In this document: positions 23,233-32,000 of the stretch, in pieces
Position numbering within the stretch: position 1 is the first letter of the stretch
How the letters are laid out: each line of letters begins with the position of its first letter
Assembly: GCA_047651235.1 (NCBI GenBank)
Contig: CP178758.1
Span: 330,001 to 362,000 of the forward strand
Source: Candidatus Electrothrix yaqonensis
GTDB lineage: Bacteria; Desulfobacterota; Desulfobulbia; Desulfobulbales; Desulfobulbaceae
Direction of reading: 5' to 3'
DNA length: 32,000 nt
Notes under the pieces: model-generated
Told to the model about the DNA's origin: nothing
Databases searched by the model: none
Seen by the model: only the letters and a program-made list of their open reading frames with translations
Translations under genes and position numbers: made by a program

Positions 23233-23829
23233 TTAATCGTTCCCTGAAAAAGGAGGCAAGACAGAACTTCCACCTTCGGGAGCTGCTCCTTCCTTCCTGA
23301 ACACTTTGAGCAAGGTGAGTAGAATTATTTTTATATCAAGCAATAATGTCTGATTGTTCACATACCAGACATCCAGCTTGAATCTTTCATTCCATTGTAC
23401 AGTATTCCGTCCATTTACCTGCGCCCATCCAGTAATTCCCGGTCGTATATTATGGCGTTGTCTTTGTTCATCATTGTAAAGAGGCAAATAGTCCATTTTT
23501 AAGGGGCGTGGCCCAACTAAACTCATATCACCTTTTAGAACATTCCACAATTCTGGCAATTCATCTAATGAAGTTGCGCGTAAAAAATGCCCTAAAGGGA
23601 GGAGTCTTTTTTTTTCCGGCAGTAAATTTCCCTTATTGTCTCGCTCGTTAGACATCGTCCGAAATTTATACATCCGAAACGGCTTGCTATGTAGACCGGG
23701 ACGTTCTTGAACAAAGACAATCGGTTTGCCTATTTTAATCCGCACCAACAAAGCAGTCAACAGTATCAGTGGAGAAATAAAAATGATACCGGGAAGGGTA
23801 AGGAACAGGTCAAAAAAACGCTTTGTCAT
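23233..23829 (-). CDS. Small (PglC-like) undecaprenyl-phosphate sugar phosphotransferase, the initiating enzyme
   Basis: Bacterial sugar transferase motifs: an N-terminal re-entrant helix, VFVQERPG, YKFRTM, DELPELWNVLKGDMSLVGPRP and PGITGWAQV. I chose ATG 23829 (MTKRFFDL); the longest ORF starts at TTG 23856. Confidence 0.88.
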   Translation of the reverse strand: MTKRFFDLFLTLPGIIFISPLILLTALLVRIKIGKPIVFVQERPGLHSKPFRMYKFRTMSNERDNKGNLLPEKKRLLPLGHFLRATSLDELPELWNVLKGDMSLVGPRPLKMDYLPLYNDEQRQRHNIRPGITGWAQVNGRNTVQWNERFKLDVWYVNNQTLLLDIKIILLTLLKVFRKEGAAPEGGSSVLPPFSGND

Positions 23830-24002
23830 AGTTATTTTTTTCTCCACATTCTGCAAAACAATCCAGTACCCTGAACGCGCACTCTAAATAGGTATTGTCG
23901 CGTCCCGTGTGATAATATACCTGCGAGAAGTTGGCCCTTGTTTCTTGCCCGTGAACGTATAACCGTTCTTTTATCAGGACATAAACTGCCCGGTTTATCA
24001 TC

Positions 24003-24326
24003 ATGAATATCGCACTGCACAAAAGAGCGCGTACAACCCAGGCTGTCCGCCGGGAAATTCAGCGCTCAGAACTTTCCGAACGTAAGCTGGCGGAAAAATA
24101 CGGCATCAGCAGAAGCACGGTCCGGAAATGGAAATACCGTGATATAGCTGGAGCAACATAATTTGAATATGCCCACAAGAGGCATAAGTTTTGCCTTCAC
24201 GCCTTTCAGATAGCTGATCCTGTATTCAGTTTATACTGCTCCAGCTATACCGCCGACAATTTTTCGCACAGGCCGCATAATCTGCACGCGACGCTCACGG
24301 ATCCGGAAGCATCCCGATTTATTTAA
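24003..24326 (+). pseudogene. IS481-like transposase, N-terminal remnant only, interrupted by a small insertion
   Basis: MNIALHKRARTTQAVRREIQRSELSERKLAEKYGISRSTVRKWKYRD resembles the HTH N-terminus of the ...ARTTP.IR.EIQ.S... IS481-like transposases. After the 105-bp insert the same frame continues as FSHRPHNLHATLTDPEA (the ..SHRPH.L.TTL.. block) and then ends. No DDE domain is present. Confidence 0.6.
24143..24249. mobile_element. MITE-like 103-bp insert with 11-bp terminal inverted repeats and a putative TA target duplication
   Basis: The reading is ta|tagctggagca ... tgctccagcta|ta. Removing 105 bp (element plus one TA) rejoins the IS481-like reading frame in phase (KWKYRD-TADNFSHRPH). 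Confidence 0.5.
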
Positions 24327-24359
24327 AAAACAGGTATACAATCAGTCGGGGCTTGACAG

Positions 24360-25778
24360 GTAATCAATCACAGGGTTCAAAAAAAACAGTGGCTCACAGG
24401 GACATAACCTGCTAATATTGCAAGTGCTATAACAAATCCGTTTCCTTCACGATATATATCCTGCTGACTGCAGATGTCCTCTGACAACTCTTTACCCGAC
24501 AATTTCAAAATAAGCGAAGATGATCTTGCCGCGCCCCCTCGGCGGTGTTGGAGTTGCTGCGGATTCTGATTGCCGAAAATGCTGCACTGCGCAAGCGGGC
24601 AGAAGAGCCGGAAGCCAAACTCGGAGAGAATTCATCAGATTCCAATAAGCCTCCCTCTTCCGATTCTCCCTGCGATGAAAAGGGTGAACCGGAGAAAAAG
24701 AAGGGGCGGGTACTGCGGGAACCTCCCGAAAAGCGTAAAGGATCACGACAGAAATTCATGCCGCCTACGGAAACTCGGGCTGCAGCTGCCTCGGCTGCGA
24801 CAGCTTTAAAAACCTCAAACCGTACTGTACCCACCAGCATATCGAGCTCCCCGAAATCGTTATGTCGGTTATCCGTTTCACCCTGTATAAAGGCGGATGC
24901 ACGGCCTGCGGAAAAACCGGCAAAGGATATGTTCCCGACGAGTTCAAGACCGGTTTCGGACCGAGATTTACAGCCCCGGTCGGTGAGATCAGCGGGATTG
25001 ACGGCAACAGCCGGGAGACAGTTCAGACTTTCCGGAGTTTCACTGCGTTCGCCTACCTGTTCTTCCGTCCCCGGTGTTTCCGTCAGTCCCGGCGCTGTAC
25101 AGAAAATTATTGACCGGGCCTCTGCAGCGGTCAGGCCGCATTATGAAACCATACGGGACGTAGCCCGAAGCCGGGATGTCAATTATCTTGACGAAACCAC
25201 CTGGAAAAAAGTCGGCACGCTCCATTGGTTGCGGATTATGACCAATTCCGGGGTCGCCTGTTTCATGATTCATCGACGCCGATCCCAAAAAGCTTTTGAA
25301 CAGCTTGTCGGTGCTCGGGACGGTATTCCGGTCAGTGACGGTTACAGGCTTTATCAAAATCGCAATAGCCGCCAGACATGCCTGGCCCACGCAGAGCACA
25401 AGGCCTGTCTGAGCGTACTGATCCGGAGCCTGCCGGGTGCGGCAAATGGGCCGCTGCAGAACTCGGACGTTTGTGTGAAACGGCAAAGGCTCCTCCAGCC
25501 CGGGGTGAATGGTCATCATTTTATGCCCGGCTCCGTCGATTTATTGCGCTGTATCGTGACTGCGGCAGTGATGCGGGCAAGTTTGTCCGCCATATTGAGG
25601 ATGAAACGGATTCGCTTTCTACCTTCCTGTTTGAGGAAGGCGTGGCCCATGCCAATAATCTGGCTGAACGGATCCTCTCGCTCATGCGGACTCCAAAGTA
25701 AATCCACGTTCGAGATACTCTTGATATTAACGATTAGACAAAAAGACGCGATGCGTTTTATATCCTGTGAGCGCTTAC
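24360..25778 (+). mobile_element. IS66-family insertion sequence (single-ORF type), degenerate
   Basis: Imperfect terminal inverted repeats start with GTAA: gtaatcaatcacaggg (24360-) against the rc of cctgtgagcgcttac (-25778), which is gtaagcgctcacagg. This is 14 of 18 matches when the flanking g is included. No target duplication was found. The element encloses the frameshifted transposase. Confidence 0.6.
24474..25701 (+). pseudogene. IS66-family transposase with multiple frameshifts
   Basis: The IS66 hallmarks are spread over all three frames. LLRILIAENAALR...NSSDSNKPPSSD is in the frame of 24545. CSCLGCDSF...HQHIELPEIV..IRFTLYKGGCTACGK (zinc-finger region) is in the frame of 24862. VNYLDETTWKK...PVSDGYRLY...RQTCLAH is back in the 24545 frame. 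FLFEEGVAHANNLAER is in the frame of 25378. Frame changes fall near 24535, 24750, 25080 and 25395. Confidence 0.75.
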
Positions 25779-25814
25779 CATTGAATGTATTGTCGAAAGG
25801 AAAACTACCATCAC

Positions 25815-27086
25815 TCATCTCAAGGCAGGAGTATGCAACAAAGATTCGCAAATATCTGCATAAGCTCTCCCTAATACTGACCAATCAAGCTTTCTTAAAG
25901 CATAAGTTTTTCCTCGTTCTCCCATAGCTTGCCGCTCAGCAGGAGACATTTCATAAAGTTTCTTTAAAGCAAGATGTAACTCATTAGGGCTATATGGTTG
26001 AACAGTGATACCTGCATCTGCTTCTTGTGCAGGATTATTGCCAGCAACTAATGCTGAAATAACAGGTTTGCCTGCCATAAGATAGTCCCCGATTTTGTTA
26101 GGACTTATTCCAAACTTAAATATAGGAGCTTCCCGCAGAGCAAAAAAACAACAATCGCTTAACTGCAGTGCTTTAATAACTTGCTTTTTAGAAATCCGAG
26201 GTAAAAATGTAATAAATGAAAGCTTTTCAACCTCTGATACTTTCATTATTTTATCTTTTTCTGTGCCGTCACCAATCAGAACAAAATGATAAAATGCATT
26301 ATTATTGTTGATCTTTTTAAGATCAATCAACTGATCTAAGGCATTTGGAACCCCATGCGCACCGGTATAAATTATAATAAACTTACCTTGTTTTTTTAAA
26401 CGATCAAAAAGCTCTTGATACTCTTTCAGGAAAGGTTCCGGATCTTCTTTCCATTCTTGCCGGTCAATTCCATTGGGAATATATTGAAATTTTTCTTTTA
26501 TAAGGCCTACTGATTCCATATGCTGAAATGCTTTCGGTAATAAAGAAACAACGCTGTCTGCATTTCGATATGCTTGTTTTTCTATCCGAGACATCCAGAT
26601 AATAAGTGGGTGCCAAGGAGGAACACCAGATAACTCGACTAAACTTAGGGGCCAGATATCACGGACTTCGTAGATTAATTTTGCACTAAATTTTTTCGAC
26701 AACTTTAATGCCGGAGGGAAAACAAAGGGATGTACACAGGAAGGTATAAGCAGATCAGGGTGTGGCAACTTGCTTTTTTTGACAGCTTCGGCAAGTTTTC
26801 CTACACCTTTCGCATAATCGTTCATATTCAGCAATCTGCCAAGACCGTTACCTTTGTATAAGCGAGCGGGTAATTGATAATAATTTATACCTCTAAAGCT
26901 GACACAACGATTTAGTTCACTCGGTTTACCCGGTTTAAACCTCGATCTTTGATAAGAAGCGCAAATAATTACGATATTATGACCATGTAGCTGCAGGTTC
27001 TTTGCGAGATAATAGGGCCTCCCAGGAGTGCCGCCATAACCAGGAGGAACTGCATAGTGATTCAAATACCAAATATTCATAAGCAT
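25815..27086 (-). CDS. Glycosyltransferase family 4, WbuB-like
   Basis: N-terminal NIWYLNHYAVPPGYGGTPGRPYYLAKNL is characteristic of WbuB-type GT4 enzymes. The C-terminal half has a GT-B sugar-nucleotide-binding region (FGISPNKIGDYLMAGKPVIS). An alternative start lies at 27080. Confidence 0.82.
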   Translation of the reverse strand: MLMNIWYLNHYAVPPGYGGTPGRPYYLAKNLQLHGHNIVIICASYQRSRFKPGKPSELNRCVSFRGINYYQLPARLYKGNGLGRLLNMNDYAKGVGKLAEAVKKSKLPHPDLLIPSCVHPFVFPPALKLSKKFSAKLIYEVRDIWPLSLVELSGVPPWHPLIIWMSRIEKQAYRNADSVVSLLPKAFQHMESVGLIKEKFQYIPNGIDRQEWKEDPEPFLKEYQELFDRLKKQGKFIIIYTGAHGVPNALDQLIDLKKINNNNAFYHFVLIGDGTEKDKIMKVSEVEKLSFITFLPRISKKQVIKALQLSDCCFFALREAPIFKFGISPNKIGDYLMAGKPVISALVAGNNPAQEADAGITVQPYSPNELHLALKKLYEMSPAERQAMGERGKTYALRKLDWSVLGRAYADICESLLHTPALR

Positions 27087-27101
27087 TCACAATACGCGTT
27101 A

Positions 27102-28199
27102 TCATTCCGAAATAAAATTTTGAAACTGATTTCTCAATTGATCAACTATAAATTGAGCAGATTTTCCGTCCCCATAAGGATTCCCATCCACACGCATTGC
27201 AAAAGAATCGCTTATCAAAACATCGGCCAAGTTAATTTGGTCACTTGGTGAGACAAGCTTATTCCAGCCAAGCTCAACCAACTCCACCCACTCGGTTTCC
27301 TCCCGCAACGTAATACAAGGGACTTTATGGAAATAAGCCTCTTTCTGCACACCGCCGGAATCCGTGATGATATGCTGAGCATTTTTTTCCAGCATGACCA
27401 TATCAAGATATCCGACCGGTTCAATAATTATACATCCTGTCAAGCTGTTGAACAGATCATGCTGCACAAGAGCATTGCGTGTTCTCGGATGAAGCGGGAG
27501 GACAACTTTATGTTTTTGCGCAAGTCGAGACAACATCCGCACAATATGCTGTAACCGAATCGGATCATCGGTATTCTCTGCCCGATGGACAGTTGTCAGA
27601 ATATACTCCTTCGGCTGCACATTCAGCGAACTGAGAATATCGTTCTTCTGTTCAGCTTTCTCGGCATAATACAGAGCCGCATCATACATGATATCGCCGA
27701 CAAAATGCGTCTTTTCTCTCAACCCTTCATTTGTCAGATTGTTCACAGCTGTTTTTGTTGGAGCAAACAGCAGGTCAGCAGCATGGTCGGTAAGAATTCT
27801 ATTGATTTCCTCCGGCATCTTTCTGTTGAACGAACGCAACCCTGCTTCTATATGCGCCACCGGTATATGCAGCTTGACAGCAGCCAAGGCTCCTGCTAAG
27901 GTTGAGTTGGTGTCTCCGTACACCAGCACCATATCAGGACGTTCATCAATAAGAACCTGTTCAATCGCTGCAAGCTGCTGGCCTGTCATTGCTCCATGAG
28001 AGCTTCCGTTGATGCCCAGATTATATTTAGGCTGCTGAATTTCAAGTTCATTAAAGAAAACATCTGACATATTTTTGTCAAAATGCTGCCCGGTATGAAC
28101 AAGAATCTCTTTGACCCCGGAAAAATTACGTAATGCCCTGGAGAGCGGCACTGTTTTTATAAATTGGGGGCGTGCGCCGACTGCGGTAACAATTTTCAT
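27102..28199 (-). CDS. wecB: UDP-N-acetylglucosamine 2-epimerase (non-hydrolysing)
   Basis: Motifs VGARPQFIK, VHTGQHFD, MVLVYGDTNSTLAGALAA, HIEAGLRSFNRKMPEEINR and DSGGVQKEA. The start codon overlaps the upstream gene's stop (ATGA at 28196-28199). Confidence 0.9.
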   Translation of the reverse strand: MKIVTAVGARPQFIKTVPLSRALRNFSGVKEILVHTGQHFDKNMSDVFFNELEIQQPKYNLGINGSSHGAMTGQQLAAIEQVLIDERPDMVLVYGDTNSTLAGALAAVKLHIPVAHIEAGLRSFNRKMPEEINRILTDHAADLLFAPTKTAVNNLTNEGLREKTHFVGDIMYDAALYYAEKAEQKNDILSSLNVQPKEYILTTVHRAENTDDPIRLQHIVRMLSRLAQKHKVVLPLHPRTRNALVQHDLFNSLTGCIIIEPVGYLDMVMLEKNAQHIITDSGGVQKEAYFHKVPCITLREETEWVELVELGWNKLVSPSDQINLADVLISDSFAMRVDGNPYGDGKSAQFIVDQLRNQFQNFISE

Positions 28200-29308
28200 A
28201 TATTCAGTTTGCTGTATACGTCAAGAAGCTTTTTGCTTTCAGTCTCCCAATTATACCGCTCAACAACGGCCTTTCTGCCGTTTTTTCCCATCTGTTCGGC
28301 TTCTTCAGGATGATCAAGCAGCCAATCAATGGCTTCAGCTATTGATTTCGGTTGCAACGGGTCAACAAGCAGTCCACATTGCGCACCGTCTATTATCTTT
28401 CGCCATAACGGAAAATCGGATGCGATTACGGGAATGCCTGCTGACATGTATTCAAAGAGTTTATTAGGTTGAGCAGCAACATGATTAGGTAAGGGATGAA
28501 ACAATACCAATCCGGCTCTAACATCTGATAGGAGAGAAGCAACGTCCCTTCTTGATACCCAGCCTTTATATTCAACTTTTTCCCAGCCATTATGTTGCCT
28601 GCATTTTTTCTCCGTCTCAATATTTGAAAATCTTCCGGCAAGTATTAGTCTGCACTCGTTATGAGATAAAGTTGACATCGCCTGCATTATTTCAATAATC
28701 GAACGGATCTCAGCAAGACCTCCAATATAAGCCAACTGTGCAATACGTTTTTTATATTCTTTATTTTGCGGCGGAAGTAACTCTTGCAACTTAGGGAGAT
28801 TTTGAACAAGAATTGTTTTCTGTACAGGAAATCGTTTCGCTATCGTTGATGTTACAACAATTATTCCTGTAAAAAAAAAACGTGACCCAATCCACTCAAC
28901 ACATGCCGTTATTAGAGATGCCGGTTTACGGAGCAGGAATGGAAGCCAAAATTTATCCAAGATACTTCCCGGATAGTCCTCATGCACATCATAAATAACT
29001 TTCTTGCCATGAAGACGCAGTAAGACCCCGACGGGTATAAGTTCGGGGTCATGAAAATGGCAGATTTCCGCATTGCTCTTTACAATCTTTCGGTAAAGAT
29101 TCCAGGGCGTTTTCAGCATCCTTGCAACACGGTTCTTCTCCTTCAGCACAGAGCGAATTTTTACTCCGTTGAGGTACTGTTCCTCACAGCCTGAAGCCAG
29201 CAAGGTGACATCGTACCCGGCCTCGGCAAGACTGACGCACTGCTTATGGAAAATCCTGGTGTCAAATACGGGGTGGACTGAGGTGAGGTGGAAAACTTTC
29301 GTTGCCAT
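28196..29308 (-). CDS. Glycosyltransferase family 4
   Basis: 370 aa with a GT-B fold pattern: N-terminal FHLTSVHPVFDTRIF and C-terminal PNKLFEYMSAGIPVIASDF (EX7E-like region). Confidence 0.82.
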   Translation of the reverse strand: MATKVFHLTSVHPVFDTRIFHKQCVSLAEAGYDVTLLASGCEEQYLNGVKIRSVLKEKNRVARMLKTPWNLYRKIVKSNAEICHFHDPELIPVGVLLRLHGKKVIYDVHEDYPGSILDKFWLPFLLRKPASLITACVEWIGSRFFFTGIIVVTSTIAKRFPVQKTILVQNLPKLQELLPPQNKEYKKRIAQLAYIGGLAEIRSIIEIMQAMSTLSHNECRLILAGRFSNIETEKKCRQHNGWEKVEYKGWVSRRDVASLLSDVRAGLVLFHPLPNHVAAQPNKLFEYMSAGIPVIASDFPLWRKIIDGAQCGLLVDPLQPKSIAEAIDWLLDHPEEAEQMGKNGRKAVVERYNWETESKKLLDVYSKLNI

Positions 29309-29333
29309 TACATTTATTAGGGGTTATTAGGAG

Positions 29334-29914
29334 TTACGCAGCTGCATAAAGGTTTATTGGTTCGAGGGTATAAACAGGCTTCTCCAAATATGCTCTGACA
29401 GCATCCCTAACGATGGAAATTTTGGCCTCAAACCAGGAAATTCCTTTGACGAAGAATGGTACTCAATGCGCAGGAATGCCCTGAGAGCCATCTCGATATG
29501 GTTACGCTGAGCCTGTTCTGAGCGAACCTGACAGCGTTCAATGCCGAATAATTGTTGACCCCGCGATGATATGACCATCCAACTGATCCCGGCATATTTG
29601 AGCCGCATAAGTTCAGTCATCTTGAGGTCATTGGTTGCCCAGGATTCAAAGTCATCGTCTGTTCTGACCTTTTTGAACACTTTGATCATACCACACCCTT
29701 TAAGATGGACAATATCCCGCTGTTCCGAAAGAAGAGCCTCTTTGACAGGTCGATTTCCTGTTTTGTCCTGATTGATATATCGACTACAGTCCAGTCGAGT
29801 CAGCCAGAGCCTGGATAGCGAGCGAATAAATTTAATATCTCCAAGACTTGCGTGCCGCATGGCTCGAAAATGATCGTTCTTTGTCAAGCCGTCCGTCCAA
29901 ATCAACGTGATCAA
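29334..29914 (-). pseudogene. IS4/IS701-superfamily DDE transposase, C-terminal fragment with a frameshift
   Basis: ORF 29354..29914 carries HLKGCGMIKVF, WATNDL, GIERCQVRSEQAQRNHIEMALRAFLRIE. The conserved tail GISWFEAKISIVRDAVRAYLEKPVYTL is readable only in another frame (shift near 29445, stop at 29334). No N-terminal half is present. Confidence 0.6.
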
Positions 29915-30106
29915 ATTAATACCTGATACAACTCGCTTATACTTACCAGACTAATGACACGTTACCAACTCTATTTTTCGGCTGTAAAATTCACCTGACG
30001 TGCTGTCGTCACAAATTAAATAACCTCTTTTTAGGTTGACATGTTCCCGTACTTCAGACCACAGCCGGTCTGTACCCGAAAACAGACGATGCAAAAGACA
30101 TATAAT

Positions 30107-30999
30107 CTACTGATGTTACTCAGCCTGAAGTCGCTGCAGCCCATCAAAAGCTGAACGGACGGCTTTCAGACAGAGCTTGGACTTCAGGGCGAAGTGGTTC
30201 ATCTTTGTTCTGATTTTCAGACGCTCCATTTTGAACACCGTGATGATGGAGGAAGAAATATGATTACTCTGCGCATTTACACGACGTGCAGGAGATTTGG
30301 CCAATGCCGCGTTCGACTTCAAAGATTTATGGTACACCCCGACGTTCCATCGTTTTTTATAGATTGCCGTGATCGTGTCCCAATCCGCTGTCAGCCGGGT
30401 GCAGGCGGGATACAGAATGCCGGTGCTTCCGTCTTTGTTTGTAAAGATCTGCCGGACGAGGAGAACGGGAAATTTCAGTCCGTTCCGCCAGCCGGTAACG
30501 GCTTTCCGCTCAGGCCGATCGATCTGATCAGTGCGGGTGAAACGCTTATTTTTATGATCTTCTTCGGTCAGCGCGACGAGCCGGTTGCTTTTCAATGCAC
30601 CGATGAACTCCTTCATCTCCAACATGATAAAGACAGTTCAGCATGTTGATTCCTTTGATATTGCGCCCTCTGCAATGGTCGTGATGCCAACAGATGAGTT
30701 CGTTTTCATCCATCCACGGTTTTTCTTGAACAGTGTCGTCGAATATCAACACACCGTCTTCGGATTCAACTTCGCGGACGGTCGATTTGACCTGTTTCCA
30801 TAAATCCCTGGAACTCCATTCACCATCGGACAGAAAACGAGTGAATTTATCATGGCTTATACTTCCGTCAAGCATGTCGGACAAACCGGTGGCTGTGGCG
30901 TATCCGAACGTCACGGCCAGATAATCAGTGTAGAGATCAAGATATTTTGTATTCATGCCTCCAGCATACTATAATTGAGCCGAATGCGTAACATCAGTA
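30107..30999 (-). mobile_element. Degenerate IS4-superfamily insertion sequence bounded by 12-bp perfect inverted repeats
   Basis: tactgatgttac (~30107-30118) and gtaacatcagta (~30988-30999) are exact reverse complements that enclose the split transposase. The element is only ~0.9 kb, so it has an internal deletion. No target duplication was seen. Coordinates are accurate to about 1 nt. Confidence 0.6.
30116..30956 (-). pseudogene. IS4-superfamily transposase, split by a frameshift and an internal deletion
   Basis: ORF 30552..30956 (YLDLYTDYLAVTFGYATATGLS, LIFDDTVQEKPWMDENELICWHHDH, GINMLNCLYH) and ORF 30116..30625 (ALKSNRLVAL, YKKRWNVGVYHKSLKSNAALAKSP, NHFALKSKL) are the N- and C-terminal parts of one transposase. 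They sit in different frames, and the middle ~100 aa are missing. Confidence 0.7.
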
Positions 31000-31097
31000 A
31001 TTTACATTAGACCTCCTGCAAAACTCAGTTTTTCGTTCTTGTCGAATGCGCTATATCGGTAAGCACACTGGGTGCATTTTTTAGATTTGCAGGAAGT

Positions 31098-32000
31098 CTA
31101 TTGCATCTGCAATAGTGTTTCATAAGCTGCTACAAGTCGCTCTGCTTGACGATGCCAGCCAAGTTCATCTAAATCGGATTTAATTTTACCAAGAGGAACT
31201 TTTTTTATCCGCTGCATGCTTTTAGATATCATTTCTGAGTTTACGTCACAAGATATCCCCATTCCATAGGAATCAATATAATTTTTTAAATCTGGAAAGT
31301 TGGAAGCTAAAACAGGGAGACCTGAAAAAACATATTCAAATAGCTTGTTCGGCAGGCAATAATAGTCGCTTAGTGAGACCCTTTCAATAAGACATAAACC
31401 AACGTCTGCACTTTTTGTCAACTGTACTACCTGATCATGTTTTACTGGCGGATGAAGATGGATGTTATTTTTTAGATCGGCCCTCTTTTCAATAACATCA
31501 GACAGATAGCCCTTCCCCATAAACACAACATGAGAATCAACCGAATTACTTGAAAACGCATTAAGGATCAATTCTATTCCTCTGCCCTTTATCAGGTGAC
31601 CGAGATAGATAAAAATTAACGATTCATCAGGAATACCAAAGTGATCACGAAAATATCCGCTCTTTGATTTATCCAAAGAGGATTTTATAATCTCGTTGTC
31701 AACAACTGGAGAATTCAAAACTAAAACATTTTTCTTCTTCCCAAGATGTACCTCGTACCAACGCAATATAGAAGGACTGACCGACACCAAAAGGTCAATA
31801 CTGCGCCAACAAAATTTCTCAACAAGTAAAGTCATCTGGGACTTAAATTTTGTCTGCCCATTTTTATTCGATTCCAACTCATGGGCATCATAAACTAATT
31901 TAGCTCCTGTTGCAAATTTAACGATAAGGCCAATATGAAGTACTACCGTATCATGGCAGTGAACTGCATCAGGAGAAATTTTAACGGATTTCCTTATCAT
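31098..32000 (-). CDS. Glycosyltransferase (GT4/GT1-type GT-B), 3' portion; the N-terminus lies beyond the window end
   Basis: The ORF is open to position 32000. The C-terminal half carries PNKLFEYVFSGLPVLASNF (EX7E-like) and a typical GT-B layout. Confidence 0.75.
   Translation of the reverse strand: MIRKSVKISPDAVHCHDTVVLHIGLIVKFATGAKLVYDAHELESNKNGQTKFKSQMTLLVEKFCWRSIDLLVSVSPSILRWYEVHLGKKKNVLVLNSPVVDNEIIKSSLDKSKSGYFRDHFGIPDESLIFIYLGHLIKGRGIELILNAFSSNSVDSHVVFMGKGYLSDVIEKRADLKNNIHLHPPVKHDQVVQLTKSADVGLCLIERVSLSDYYCLPNKLFEYVFSGLPVLASNFPDLKNYIDSYGMGISCDVNSEMISKSMQRIKKVPLGKIKSDLDELGWHRQAERLVAAYETLLQMQ

Noticed and set aside
24545-25927. 460-aa ORF offered by the ORF track as one protein
   Set aside because: It is a chimera. 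Only parts of it (LLRILIAENAALR..KPPSSD and VNYLDETTWKK..VSDGY) read as IS66 transposase. The zinc-finger and C-terminal blocks are in other frames, and the last ~110 nt run antisense into the GT4 gene. I called it a frameshifted pseudogene instead.
29312-29331. Direct repeat ttattagg-gg-ttattagg immediately upstream of the GT4 start codon
   Set aside because: It is only 8 bp long and AT-rich. It may be part of the IS remnant end or a ribosome-loading region, and there is not enough evidence for a call.
1-32000. CRISPR arrays, tRNA, rRNA and tmRNA genes
   Set aside because: I saw no regularly spaced direct repeats, no cloverleaf-like conserved tRNA blocks and no rRNA-like sequence on either strand. 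This was done by eye, so a tRNAscan or Infernal run should confirm it.

Overview
This window is chromosomal DNA from a Gram-negative-type bacterium (it carries the lipid A genes lpxC and lpxK) and falls into three zones. Zone 1 (1-11.7 kb) holds housekeeping genes: the 3' end of an FGE-domain gene, aat, an orphan livM, lpxC, lpxK, a LivJ/K-type binding protein and nadE. A lower-GC islet at 1.1-4.2 kb interrupts them. It contains two orphan hypothetical genes and a 451-aa HNH-motif protein with a perfect in-frame 30-bp tandem duplication. Zone 2 (12.3-20.0 kb) is a single plus-strand unit. It encodes a 1653-aa megaprotein (Ser/Thr kinase, STAND/AAA NTPase, helical/TPR region, GAF, GGDEF). Its last 44 nt overlap the start of the first of two tandem paralogous ~460-aa proteins. 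Each paralog is built from two flavodoxin-like halves, and the first half carries an Isf-type CX2CX2CX7C cysteine motif. I rate this unit the best candidate for an undescribed system, possibly a redox-linked c-di-GMP signalling module. The megaprotein also contains a ~1.4 kb very AT-rich internal block, which suggests module swapping. Zone 3 (20.1-32.0 kb) is a minus-strand surface-glycan locus: DegT-type aminotransferase, FemAB/GNAT-like transferase, sulfotransferase, PglC-like priming transferase, three to four GT4 glycosyltransferases and wecB. Two nests of dead insertion sequences split it at intergenic sites. One nest has an IS481-like remnant carrying a MITE-like insert plus a frameshifted IS66-family element. 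The other has two different IS4/IS701-like remnants. I recognised no rRNA, tRNA or CRISPR array. All family assignments come from motif recognition by eye; no database search was run.
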